A stretch of 64,000 nt of DNA, from positions 10,230,001-10,294,000 of the forward strand of contig OZ024744.1 of the NCBI GenBank assembly GCA_964016885.1. The letters are read 5' to 3'. A program made the translations under genes and the position numbers. The DNA is from Eledone cirrhosa. Lineage: Eukaryota. Under the pieces are notes generated by a model. It did not search any database. It was given only the letters and a program-made list of their open reading frames with translations, and was not told where the DNA came from. Shown one piece after another: positions 1 to 14,400 of the stretch; the first letter of the stretch is position 1, and the number at the start of each line of letters is the position of its first letter.

Positions 1-1430
1 TCCAATATGCTGTGCTGTTGTACTCCAATATGTTGTGTTGTACTCCAATATGTTGTGTTGTTGTACTCCAATATATCATGTTGTCGTACTCCAATATGTC
101 ATGTTATACTCCAATATGTCGTTGTTATACTCCAATATGTCATGTTGCTGTACTCCAATATGTCGTGTTGTTGTACTCCAATATGTTTTGATGTTGTACT
201 CCAATATGTTGTGTTGTTGTACTCCAATATGTTGTGTTGTTATACTCCAATATGTTGTGCTGTTGTACTCCAATATGTCAGGTTGTTGTACTCCGATATT
301 TCGTGTTGTTCTACTCCAATATTTCATGTTGTTTTACTCCAATATGTCGTGGTGTTGTACTCCAATATGTTTTGATGTTGTACTCCAATATGTCGTGTTG
401 TTGTACTCCAATATGTTGTGTTGTTGAACTCCAATATGCTGTGTTGTTATACTCCTATATGTTGTGTTGTTGTACTCCAATATGTTGTGTTGTACTCCAA
501 TATGTTGTGTTGTTATACTCCACAATGTTGTGTTGTTATACTCCACAATGTTGTGTTGTTGTACTCCAATAGGTTATGTTGTTGTACTCCAATATGTGAT
601 GTTGTTGTACTCCAATATGTTGTGTTGCTGTACTCCAATATGTTGTGTTGTTGTTCTCCAATATGTCGTGTTGTTATACTCCAATATGTTGTGTTATGAT
701 ACTCCAATATGTTGTGCTGTTGTACTCCAATATGTTGTGTTGTTGTACTCCAATATGTTGTGTTGTTATACTCCAATATGTTGTGTTGTTATACTCCAAT
801 ATGTAGTGTTGTTATACTCCAATATGTTGTGTTGTTGTACTCCAATCTGTTGTGTTGTTATACTCCAATATGTTGTGTTGTTATACCCCAATATGTTGTG
901 TTGTTTTACTCCAATATGTTGTGTTGCCATACTCCAATATGTTGTGTTGTTGTACTCCAATATGTTGTGCTGCTGTACTCCAATATATTGTGTTATACTC
1001 CAATATGTTGTGTTGTTGTACTCCAATATGTTGTGTTGTTGTAATCCAAAATGTGTTGTTATACTCCAATATGTTGTGTTGTAATACTCCAATATGTTGT
1101 GCTCCAATATGTTGTGTTATACTCCAATGTGTTGTGTTCTTGTACTCCAATATGAAGTGTTGTAATACTCCAATATGTAGTGCTGTTGTTATACTCCAAT
1201 ATGTTGTGTTATAATCCAATGTGTTGTGTTGTTGTACTCCAATCTGTTGTGTTGTTATACTCCAATCTGTTGTGTTGTTATACTGCAATATGTTGTGTTG
1301 TTATACTCCAATATGTTGTGTTGTTATACTCCAAGATGTTGTGCTGTGATACTCTAATATGTTGTGTTTTTGTACTCCAATATGTTGTGTTGTTGTACTC
1401 CAATATGCTGTGTTGTTGTAATCCAATATC

Positions 1431-4400
1431 TTGTGCTGTTATACTCCAATATGTTGTGTTGTTGTACTCCAATATGTTGTGTTGTTATACTCCAATATGT
1501 TGTGTTGTGATACTCCAAAGTGTTGTGCTGTTGTACTCCAATATGTTGTGTTGTTTTACTCCAATAGGTTGCGTTGTTGTACTCCAATCTGTTGTGTTGT
1601 TATACTCCAATATGTTGTGTTGTTATACTCCAATATGGTGTGTTGTTTTACTCCAATATGTTGTGTTGTTGCAATCCAATATGTTTGTGTTGTTTTACTC
1701 CAATATGTTGTGTTGTTATACTCAAATATGTTGTGTTGTTGTACTCCAATATGGTGTGTTGTTGTACTCCAATATGTTGTGTTGTTGTACTCCAATATGT
1801 TGTGTTGTTATACTCCAATATGTTGTGTTGGTGTACTCCAATATGTTGTGCTGTTGAACTCCAAATCTCGTGTTGTTATACTCCAATGTGTTGTGTTGTT
1901 ATACTCCAATATGTTTTGTTGTTGTACTCCAATATGTTGTGTTGTTGTACTCCAATATGTTGTGTTGTTGTACTCCAATATGTCATGTTATACTCCAATA
2001 TGTCATGTTGTTTTACTCCAATATGTTGTGTTGTTGCACTCCAATATGTCGTGTTGTTGTACTCCAATATGTTGTGTTGTTGTACTGCAATATGTTGTGT
2101 TGTTATACTCCAATATGCTGTGCTGTTGTACTCCAATATGTTGTGTTGTACTCCAATATGTTGTGTTGTTGTACTCCAATATATCATGTTGTCGTACTCC
2201 AATATGTCATGTTATACTCCAATATGTCGTTGTTATACTCCAATATGTCATGTTGCTGTACTCCAATATGTCGTGTTGTTGTACTCCAATATGTTTTGAT
2301 GTTGTACTCCAATATGTTGTGTTGTTGTACTCCAATATGTTGTGTTGTTATACTCCAATATGTTGTGCTGTTGTACTCCAATATGTCAGGTTGTTGTACT
2401 CCGATATTTCGTGTTGTTCTACTCCAATATTTCATGTTGTTTTACTCCAATATGTCGTGGTGTTGTACTCCAATATGTTTTGATGTTGTACTCCAATATG
2501 TCGTGTTGTTGTACTCCAATATGTTGTGTTGTTCAACTCCAATATGCTGTGTTGTTATACTCCTATATGTTGTGTTGTTGTACTCCAATATGTTGTGTTG
2601 TACTCCAATATGTTGTGTTGTTATACTCCACAATGTTGTGTTGTTGTACTCCAATAGGTTGTGTTGTTGTACTCCAATATGTGATGTTGTTGTACTCCAA
2701 TATGTCGTATTGTTGTACTCCAATATGTTGTGTTGTTATACTCCAATATTTCGTGTTGTTTTACTCCAATATGTCATGTTGTTGTACTCCAATATCTCGT
2801 GTTGTTGTACTCCAATATGTCATGGTGTTCTACTTCAATATGTCGTATTGTTGTACTCCAATATGTTGTATTGTTGTTCTCCAATATGTCGTGTTGTTAT
2901 ACTCCAATATGTTATGATGTTGTACTCCAATATATTGTGTTGTTGTACTCCAATATGTTGTGTTGTTGTATTCAATACGCTGTGTTGTTGTACTCCAATA
3001 TGTTGTGTTGTTGTACTCCAATATGTAGTTGTACTCCAATATGTTGTGTTGTTGTACTCCAATATGTTGTGTTGTTATACTCCAATATGTATTGTTGTTG
3101 TAATCCAATATGTTGTGTTGTACTCCAATATATAATGTTGTTGTACTCCAATATGTTGTGTTGTTGTACTCCGATATGTTGTGCTGTTGTACTCCAATAT
3201 GTTGTGTTATTGTACTCCAATATGTTGTGTTGTTGTACTCCAATACGTTATGTTGTTGTACTCCAATATTTAGTGCTGTTATACTCCAATATGTTGTGTT
3301 GTTATACTCCAAAAAGTTGTGTTGTTTTACTCCAATATGTTGTGTTGTTATACTCCAGTATGTTGTGTTGTTGTACTACAATATGTTGTGCTGTTGTACT
3401 CCAATATGTCAGGTTGTTGTACTCCGATATTTCGTGTTGTTCTACTCCAATATTTCGTGTTGTTTTACTCCAATATGTCGTGGTGTTGTACTCCAATATG
3501 TTTTGATGTTGTACTCCAATATGTCGTGTTGTTGTACTCCAATATGTTGTGTTGTTGAACTCCAATATGCTGTGTTGTTATACTCCTAAATGTTGTGTTG
3601 TTGTACTCCAATATGTTGTGTTGTACTCCAATATGTAGTGTTGTTACACTCCACAATGTTGTGTTGTTGTACTCCAAAATGTGATGTTGCTGTACTCCAA
3701 TATGTCGTATTGTTGTACTCCAATATGTTGTGTTGTTATACTCCAATATTTCGTGTTGTTTTACTCCAATGTCATGTTGTTGTACTCCAATATTTCGTGT
3801 TGTTGTACTCTAATATGTCATGTTGTTGTACTCCAATATTTCGTGTTGTTGTACTCCAATATGTCATGGTGTTGTACTTCAATATGTCGTATTGTTGTAC
3901 TCCAGTATGTTGTGTTGTTGTACTCCAATATGTGTTGTTGTTGTACTCCAATATGTTGCGTTGTTGTACTCCAATATATCATGTTGTCGTACTCCAATAT
4001 GTCATGTTATACTCCAATATGTTTTGATGCTGTACTCCAATATGTTGTGTTGTTGTACTACAATATCTTGTGTTGTTGTACTCCAATATGTTGTTTTTTG
4101 TACTCCAATATGTCGTGTTGTTATACTCCAATATGTTATGATGTTGTACTCCAATATATTGTGTTGTTGTACTCCAATATGTTGTGTTGTTATACTCCAA
4201 TATGTTGTGTTATTTTACTCCAATATGTTGTGTTGTTGTACTCCAATATGTTGTGTTGTTGTACTCCAATATGTTGTGTTGTTGTAATCCAATATCTTGT
4301 GTTGTTGTACTCCAATATGTTGTGTTGTTGTTCTCCAATATGTTGTGTTGTGATACTCCAATATGTTGTGCTGTTGTACTCCAATATGTGTTGTTGTTGT

Positions 4401-7400
4401 ACTCCAATATGTTGCGTTGTTGTACTCCAATATATCATGTTGTCGTACTCCAATATGTCATGTTATACTCCAATATGTTTTGATGCTGTACTCCAATATG
4501 TTGTGTTGTTGTACTACAATATCTTGTGTTGTTGTACTCCAATATGTTGTTTTTTGTACTCCAATATGTCATGTTGTTGTACTCCAGTATGTCTTGTTAT
4601 ACTCCAATATGTCGTGTTGCTGTACTCCAATATGTCATGATGTTGTACTCCAATATGTTTTGCTGTTGTACTCCAATATGTTGTGTTGCTGTACTCCAAT
4701 ATGTTGTGTTGTTGTAATCCAATATCTTGTGTTGTTATACTCCAATATGTTGTGTTGTTATACTCCAATATGTTGTGTTGTGATACTCCAATATGTTGTG
4801 CTGTTGTACTCCAATATGTTGAGTTGTTATACTCCAATATGTAGTGTTGTTATACTCCAATATGTTGTGTTGTTGTACTCCAATCTGTTGTGTTATACTC
4901 CAATATGTTGTGTTGTTATACTCCAATATGTTGTGTTGTTATACTCCAATATGTTGTGTTGTTTTACTCCAATATGTTGTGTTGTTGTACTCCAATATGT
5001 TGTATTGTTGATCTCCAATAAGTTGTGTTCTTGTACTCCAATATATTGTGTTGTTTTACTCCAATATGTTGTGTTTTTGTAATCCAATATTTAATGTTGT
5101 TGTACTCCAATATGTCTTGTTATATTCCAATATGTCGTGTTGTTGTACTCCAATATGTCATGTTGTTGTACTCCAATATTTCTTGTTGTTGTACCCCAAT
5201 ATGTCGTGTTGATTATACTCCAATTTTTGTTGCTGTTGTACTCCAATATGTTGTGTTGTTGTACTCCAATATGTTGTGTTGTACTCCAATATGTTGTGTT
5301 GTTATTCTCCAATATGTTGTGCTGTTGTACTCCAATGTGTTATGTTGTTATACTCCAATATGTTGTGCTGTGATACTCCAATATGTTGTGTTGTTGTACT
5401 CCAATCTGTTGTGTTGTTATACTCCAATATGTTGTGTTGTTATACTCCAATATGTTATGTTGTTTTACTCCAATATGTTGTGTTGTTGTACTCCAATATG
5501 TTGTGTTGTTGTACTCCAATATGTTGTGTTGTTGTAATCCAATATCTTGTGTTGTTATACTCCAATATGTTGTGTTGTTGTACTCCAATATGTTGTGTTG
5601 TTGTTCTCCAATATGTCGTGTTGTTATACTCCAATATGTTGTTATGATACTCCAATATGTTGTGCTGTTGTACTCCAATATGTTGTGTTGTTATACTCCA
5701 AGATGTAGTGTTGTTATACTCCAATATGTTGTGTTGTTGTACTCCAATATGTTGTGTTGTTATACTCCAATATGTTGTGTTGTTATACTCCAATATGTAG
5801 TGTTGTTATACTCCAATATGTTGAGTTGTTGTACTCCAATCTGTTGTGTTGTTATACTCCAATATGTTGTGTTGTTATACCCCAATATGTTGTGTTGTTT
5901 TACTCCAATATGTTGTGTTGTCATACTCCAATATGTTGTGTTGTTGTACTCCAATATGTTGTGCTGCTGTACTCCAATATATTGTGTTATACTCCAATAT
6001 GTTGTGTTGTTGTACTCCAATATGTTGTGTTGTTGTAATCCAAAATGTTGTGTTGTTATACTCCAATATGTTGTGTTGTAATACTCCAATATGTTGTGCT
6101 CCAATATGTTGTGTTATACTCCAATGTGTTGTGTTCTTGTACTCCAATATGAAGTGTTGTAATACTCCAATATGTAGTGCTGTTGTTATACTCCAATATG
6201 TTGTGTTATAATCCAATGTGTTGTGTTGTTGTACTCCAATCTGTTGTGTTGTTATACTCCAATATGTTGTGTTGTTATACTGCAATAAGTTGTGTTGTTA
6301 TACTCCAATATGTTGTGTTGTTATACTCCAAGATGTTGTGCTGTGATACTCTAATATGTTGTGTTTTTGTACTCCAATATGTTGTGTTGTTGTACTCCAA
6401 TATGTTGTGTTGTTGTAATCCAATATCTTGTGCTGTTATACTCCAATATGTTGTGTTGTTGTACTCCAATATGTTGTGTTGTTATACTCCAATATGTTGT
6501 GTTGTGATACTCCAAAGTGTTGTGCTGTTGTACTCCAATATGTTGTGTTGTTTTACTCCAATAGGTTGCGTTGTTGTACTCCAATCTGTTGTGTTGTTAT
6601 ACTCCAATATGTTGTGTTGTTATACTCCAATATGTTGTGTTGTTGTACTCCAATATGTTGTGTTGTTGTACTCCAATATGTTGTGTTGTTGTAATCCAAT
6701 ATCTTGTGTTGTTATACTCCAATATGTTGTGTTGTTGTACTCCAATATGTTGTATTGTTGTTCTCCAATATGTCATGTTATACTCCAATATGTTGTGTTC
6801 GTGTACTCCAATATTTTGTGATATTGTACGCCAATATGTTGTGTTGTTGTACTCCAATATGTTGTGTTGTTATACTCCAATATGTTGTGTTGTTGTACTC
6901 CAATATGTTGTTGTACTCCAACATGTTGTGTTGTTGTACTCCAATATGTAGTGTTGTTGTAATCCAATATGTTGTGTTGTTATACTCCAATATGTTGTGT
7001 TGTTGTACTCCAATATGTTGTGCTGTTGTACTCCAATATGTTGTGTTGTTATACTCCAATATGTTGTGTTATATTACTCCAATATGTTGTGTTGTTGTAC
7101 TCCAATATGTTGTGTTGTTGTACTCCAATATGTTGTGTTGTTGTAATCCAATATCTTGTGTTGTTATACTCCAATATGTTGTGTTGTTGTACTCCAATAT
7201 GTTGTGTTGTTGTTCTCCAATATGTTGTGTTGTTATACTCCAATATGTTGTGTTGTGATATTCCAATATGTGGTGCTGTTGTACTCCAATATTTTGAGTT
7301 GTTATACTCCAATATGTAGTGTTGTTATACGCCAATATGTTGTGTTGTTGTACTCCAATCTGTTGTGTTATACTCCAATATCTTGTGCTGTTATACTCCA

Positions 7401-10400
7401 ATATGTTGTGTTGTTGTACTCCAATATGTTGTGTTGTTATACTCCAATATGTTGTGTTGTGATACTCCAAAGTGTTGTGCTGTTGTACTCCAATATGTTG
7501 TGTTGTTGTAATCCAATATCTTGTGTTGTTATACTCCAATATGTTGTGTTGTTATACTCCAATATGTTGTGTTGTGATACTCCAATATGTTGTGCTGTTG
7601 TACTCCAATATGTTGTGTTGTTATACTCCAATATTTCGTGTTGTTTTACTCCAATATGTCATGTTGTTGTACTCCAATATTTCGTGTTGTTGTACTCCAA
7701 TATGTCATGGTGTTGTACTTCAATATGTCGTATTGTTGTACTCCAGTATGTTGTGTTGTTGTTCTCCAATATGTCGTGTTGTTATACTCCAATATGTTAT
7801 GATGTTGTACTCCAATATATTGTGTTGTTGTACTCCAATATGTTGTGTTGTTATACTCCAATATGTTGTGTTATTTTACTCCAATATGTTGTGTTGTTGT
7901 ACTCCAATATGTTGTGTTGTTGTACTCCAATATGTTGTGTTGTTGTAATCCAATATCTTGTGTTGTTGTACTCCAATATGTTGTGTTGTTGTTCTCCAAT
8001 ATGTTGTGTTGTTATACTCCAATATGTTGTGTTCTGATACTCCAATATGTTGTGCTGTTGTACTCCAATATGTGTTGTTGTTGTACTCCAATATGTTGCG
8101 TTGTTGTACTCCAATATATCATGTTGTCGTACTCCAATATGTCATGTTATACTCCAATATGTTTTGATGCTGTACTCCAATATGTTGTGTTGTTGTACTA
8201 CAATATGTTGTGTTGTTGAACTCCAATATGTTGTTTTTTGTACTCCAATATGTCATGTTGTTGTACTCCAGTATGTCTTGTTATACTCCAATATGTCGTG
8301 TTGCTGTACCTCAATATGTCATGATGTTGTACTCCAATATGTTTCGCTGTTGTACTCCAATATGTTGTGTTGCTGTACTCCAATATGTTGTGTTGTTGTA
8401 CTCCAATATGTTGTGTTGTTGTAATCCAATATGTTGTGTTGTTATACTCCAATATGTTGTGTTGTGATACTCCAATATGTTGTGCTGTTGTACTCCAATA
8501 TGTTGAGTTGTTATACTCCAATATGTAGTGTTGTTATACTCCAATATGTTGTGTTGTTGTACTCCAATCTGTTGTGTTATACTCCAATATGTTGTGTTGT
8601 TATACTCCAATATGTTGTGTTGTTATACTCCAATATGTTGTGTTGTTTTACTCCAATATGTTGTGTTGTTGTACTCCAATATGTTGTATTGTTGATCTCC
8701 AATAAGTTGTGTTCTTGTACTCCAATATATTGTGTTGTTGTACTCCAATATGTTGTGTTTTTGCAATCCAATATTTAATGTTGTTGTACTCCAATATGTC
8801 TTGTTATATTCCAATATGTCGTGTTGTTGTACTCCAATATGTCATGTTGTTGTACTCCAATATTTCTTGTTGTTGTACCCCAATATGTCGTGTTGATTAT
8901 ACTCCAATTTTTGTTGCTGTTGTACTCCAATATGTTGTGTTGTTGTACTCCAATATGTTGTGTTGTTGTACTCCAATATGTTGTGTTGTTATTCTCCAAT
9001 ATGTTGTGCTGTTGTACTCCAATGTGTTATGTTGTTATACTCCAATATGTTGTGCTGTGATACTCCAATATGTTGTGTTGTTGTACTCCAATCTGTTGTG
9101 TTGTTATACTCCAATATGTTGTGTTGTTATATTCCAATATGTTATGTTGTTTTACTCCAATATGTTGTGTTGTTGTACTCCAATATGTTGTGTTGTTGTA
9201 CTCCAATATGTTGTGTTGTTGTAATCCAATATCTTGTGTTGTTATACTCCAATATGTTGTGTTGTTGTACTCCAATATGTTGTGTTGTTGTTCTCCAATA
9301 TGTCGTGTTGTTATACTCCAATATGTTGTGTTATGATACTCCAATATGTTGTGCTGTTGTACTCCAATATGTTGTGTTGTTATACTCCAAGATGTAGTGT
9401 TGTTATACTCCAATATGTTGTGTTGTTATACTCCAATATGTAGTGTTGTTATACTCCAATATGTTGTGTTGTTGTACTCCAATCTGTTGTGTTGTTATAC
9501 TCCAATATGTTGTGTTGTTATACCCCAATATGTTGTGTTGTTTTACTCCAATATGTTGTGTTGCCATACTCCAATATGTTGTGTTGTTGTACTCCAATAT
9601 GTTGTGCTGCTGTACTCCAATATATTGTGTTATACTCCAATATGTTGTGTTGTTGTACTCCAATATGTTGTGTTGTTGTAATCCAAAATGTTGTGTTGTT
9701 ATACTCCAATATGTTGTGTTATACTCCAATGTGTTGTGTTCTTGTACTCCAATATGAAGTGTTGTAATACTCCAATATGTAGTGCTGTTGTTATACTCCA
9801 ATATGTTGTGTTATAATCCAATGTGTTGTGTTGTTGTACTCCAATCTGTTGTGTTGTTATACTCCAATCTGTTGTGTTGTTATACTGCAATATGTTGTGT
9901 TGTTATACTCCAATATGTTGTGTTGTTATACTCCAAGATGTTGTGCTGTGATACTCTAATATGTTGTGTTTTTGTACTCCAATATGTTGTGTTGTACTCC
10001 AATATGTTGTGTTGTTATACTCCAATATGCTGTGCTGTTGTACTCCAATATGTTGTGTTGTACTCCAATATGTTGTGTTGTTGTACTCCAATATATCATG
10101 TTGTCGTACTCCAATATGTCATGTTATACTCCAATATGTCGTTGTTATACTCCAATATGTCATGTTGCTGTACTCCAATATGTCGTGTTGTTGTACTCCA
10201 ATATGTTTTGATGTTGTACTCCAATATGTTGTGTTGTTGTACTCCAATATGTTGTGTTGTTATACTCCAATATGTTGTGCTGTTGTACTCCAATATGTCA
10301 GGTTGTTGTACTCCGATATTTCGTGTTGTTCTACTCCAATATTTCATGTTGTTTTACTCCAATATGTCGTGGTGTTGTACTCCAATATGTTTTGATGTTG

Positions 10401-11453
10401 TACTCCAATATGTCGTGTTGTTGTACTCCAATATGTTGTGTTGTTGAACTCCAATATGCTGTGTTGTTATACTCCTATATGTTGTGTTGTTGTACTCCAA
10501 TATGTTGTGTTGTACTCCAATATGTTGTGTTGTTATACTCCACAATGTTGTGTTGTTATACTCCACAATGTTGTGTTGTTGTACTCCAATAGGTTATGTT
10601 GTTGTACTCCAATATGTGATGTTGTTGTACTCCAATATGTTGTGTTGCTGTACTCCAATATGTTGTGTTGTTGTTCTCCAATATGTCGTGTTGTTATACT
10701 CCAATATGTTGTGTTATGATACTCCAATATGTTGTGCTGTTGTACTCCAATATGTTGTGTTGTTGTACTCCAATATGTTGTGTTGTTATACTCCAATATG
10801 TTGTGTTGTTATACTCCAATATGTAGTGTTGTTATACTCCAATATGTTGTGTTGTTGTACTCCAATCTGTTGTGTTGTTATACTCCAATATGTTGTGTTG
10901 TTATACCCCAATATGTTGTGTTGTTTTACTCCAATATGTTGTGTTGCCATACTCCAATATGTTGTGTTGTTGTACTCCAATATGTTGTGCTGCTGTACTC
11001 CAATATATTGTGTTATACTCCAATATGTTGTGTTGTTGTACTCCAATATGTTGTGTTGTTGTAATCCAAAATGTTGTGTTGTTATACTCCAATATGTTGT
11101 GTTGTAATACTCCAATATGTTGTGCTCCAATATGTTGTGTTATACTCCAATGTGTTGTGTTCTTGTACTCCAATATGAAGTGTTGTAATACTCCAATATG
11201 TAGTGCTGTTGTTATACTCCAATATGTTGTGTTATAATCCAATGTGTTGTGTTGTTGTACTCCAATCTGTTGTGTTGTTATACTCCAATCTGTTGTGTTG
11301 TTATACTGCAATATGTTGTGTTGTTATACTCCAATATGTTGTGTTGTTATACTCCAAGATGTTGTGCTGTGATACTCTAATATGTTGTGTTTTTGTACTC
11401 CAATATGTTGTGTTGTTGTACTCCAATATGCTGTGTTGTTGTAATCCAATATC
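1431..11453 (+). repeat. Left-domain long higher-order unit 1 (10,023 bp between equivalent anchors)
   Basis: Identical ORF translations recur at offsets of 10,020-10,046 (76..327 vs 10096..10347; 1180..1857 vs 11203..11880; 2184 vs 12230). The rare marker ACTCAAATATG lies at ~1720 and ~11743. The boundary is an arbitrary phase anchor. Confidence 0.85.
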
Positions 11454-14400
11454 TTGTGCTGTTATACTCCAATATGTTGTGTTGTTGTACTCCAATATGT
11501 TGTGTTGTTATACTCCAATATGTTGTGTTGTGATACTCCAAAGTGTTGTGCTGTTGTACTCCAATATGTTGTGTTGTTTTACTCCAATAGGTTGCGTTGT
11601 TGTACTCCAATCTGTTGTGTTGTTATACTCCAATATGTTGTGTTGTTATACTCCAATATGGTGTGTTGTTTTACTCCAATATGTTGTGTTGTTGCAATCC
11701 AATATGTTTGTGTTGTTTTACTCCAATATGTTGTGTTGTTATACTCAAATATGTTGTGTTGTTGTACTCCAATATGGTGTGTTGTTGTACTCCAATATGT
11801 TGTGTTGTTGTACTCCAATATGTTGTGTTGTTATACTCCAATATGTTGTGTTGGTGTACTCCAATATGTTGTGCTGTTGAACTCCAAATCTCGTGTTGTT
11901 ATACTCCAATGTGTTGTGTTGTTATACTCCAATATGTTGTGTTGTTGTACTCCAATATGTTGTGTTGTTGTACTCCAATATGTTGTGTTGTTGTACTCCA
12001 ATATGTTGTGTTGTTGTACTCCAATATGTCATGTTATACTCCAATATGTCATGTTGTTTTACTCCAATATGTTGTGTTGTTGCACTCCAATATGTCGTGT
12101 TGTTGTACTCCAATATGTTGTGTTGTTGTACTGCAATATGTTGTGTTGTTATACTCCAATATGCTGTGCTGTTGTACTCCAATATGTTGTGTTGTACTCC
12201 AATATGTTGTGTTGTTGTACTCCAATATATCATGTTGTCGTACTCCAATATGTCATGTTATACTCCAATATGTCGTTGTTATACTCCAATATGTCATGTT
12301 GCTGTACTCCAATATGTCGTGTTGTTGTACTCCAATATGTTTTGATGTTGTACTCCAATATGTTGTGTTGTTGTACTCCAATATGTTGTGTTGTTATACT
12401 CCAATATGTTGTGCTGTTGTACTCCAATATGTCAGGTTGTTGTACTCCGATATTTCGTGTTGTTCTACTCCAATATTTCATGTTGTTTTACTCCAATATG
12501 TCGTGGTGTTGTACTCCAATATGTTTTGATGTTGTACTCCAATATGTCGTGTTGTTGTACTCCAATATGTTGTGTTGTTCAACTCCAATATGCTGTGTTG
12601 TTATACTCCTATATGTTGTGTTGTTGTACTCCAATATGTTGTGTTGTACTCCAATATGTTGTGTTGTTATACTCCACAATGTTGTGTTGTTGTACTCCAA
12701 TAGGTTGTGTTGTTGTACTCCAATATGTGATGTTGTTGTACTCCAATATGTCGTATTGTTGTACTCCAATATGTTGTGTTGTTATACTCCAATATTTCGT
12801 GTTGTTTTACTCCAATATGTCATGTTGTTGTACTCCAATATCTCGTGTTGTTGTACTCCAATATGTAATGGTGTTCTACTTCAATATGTCGTATTGTTGT
12901 ACTCCAATATGTTGTATTGTTGTTCTCCAATATGTCGTGTTGTTATACTCCAATATGTTATGATGTTGTACTCCAATATATTGTGTTGTTGTACTCCAAT
13001 ATGTTGTGTTGTTGTATTCAATACGCTGTGTTGTTGTACTCCAATATGTTGTGTTGTTGTACTCCAATATGTAGTTGTACTCCAATATGTTGTGTTGTTG
13101 TACTCCAATATGTTGTGTTGTTATACTCCAATATGTATTGTTGTTGTAATCCAATATGTTGTGTTGTACTCCAATATATAATGTTGTTGTACTCCAATAT
13201 GTTGTGTTGTTGTACTCCGATATGTTGTGCTGTTGTACTCCAATATGTTGTGTTATTGTACTCCAATATGTTGTGTTGTTGTACTCCAATACGTTATGTT
13301 GTTGTACTCCAATATTTAGTGCTGTTATACTCCAATATGTTGTGTTGTTATACTCCAAAAAGTTGTGTTGTTTTACTCCAATATGTTGTGTTGTTATACT
13401 CCAGTATGTTGTGTTGTTGTACTCCAATATGTTGTGCTGTTGTACTCCAATATGTCAGGTTGTTGTACTCCGATATTTCGTGTTGTTCTACTCCAATATT
13501 TCGTGTTGTTTTACTCCAATATGTCGTGGTGTTGTACTCCAATATGTTTTGATGTTGTACTCCAATATGTCGTGTTGTTGTACTCCAATATGTTGTGTTG
13601 TTGAACTCCAATATGCTGTGTTGTTATACTCCTAAATGTTGTGTTGTTGTACTCCAATATGTTGTGTTGTACTCCAATATGTTGTGTTGTTACACTCCAC
13701 AATGTTGTGTTGTTGTACTCCAAAATGTGATGTTGCTGTACTCCAATATGTCGTATTGTTGTACTCCAATATGTTGTGTTGTTATACTCCAATATTTCGT
13801 GTTGTTTTACTCCAATGTCATGTTGTTGTACTCCAATATTTCGTGTTGTTGTACTCTAATATGTCATGTTGTTGTACTCCAATATTTCGTGTTGTTGTAC
13901 TCCAATATGTCATGGTGTTGTACTTCAATATGTCGTATTGTTGTACTCCAGTATGTTGTGTTGTTGTTCTCCAATATGTCGTGTTGTTATACTCCAATAT
14001 GTTATGATGTTGTACTCCAATATATTGTGTTGTTGTACTCCAATATGTTGTGTTGTTATACTCCAATATGTTGTGTTATTTTACTCCAATATGTTGTGTT
14101 GTTGTACTCCAATATGTTGTGTTGTTGTACTCCAATATGTTGTGTTGTTGTAATCCAATATCTTGTGTTGTTGTACTCCAATATGTTGTGTTGTTGTTCT
14201 CCAATATGTTGTGTTGTTATACTCCAATATGTTGTGTTGTGATACTCCAATATGTTGTGCTGTTGTACTCCAATATGTGTTGTTGTTGTACTCCAATATG
14301 TTGCGTTGCTGTACTCCAATATATCATGTTGTCGTACTCCAATATGTCATGTTATACTCCAATATGTTTTGATGCTGTACTCCAATATGTTGTGTTGTTG

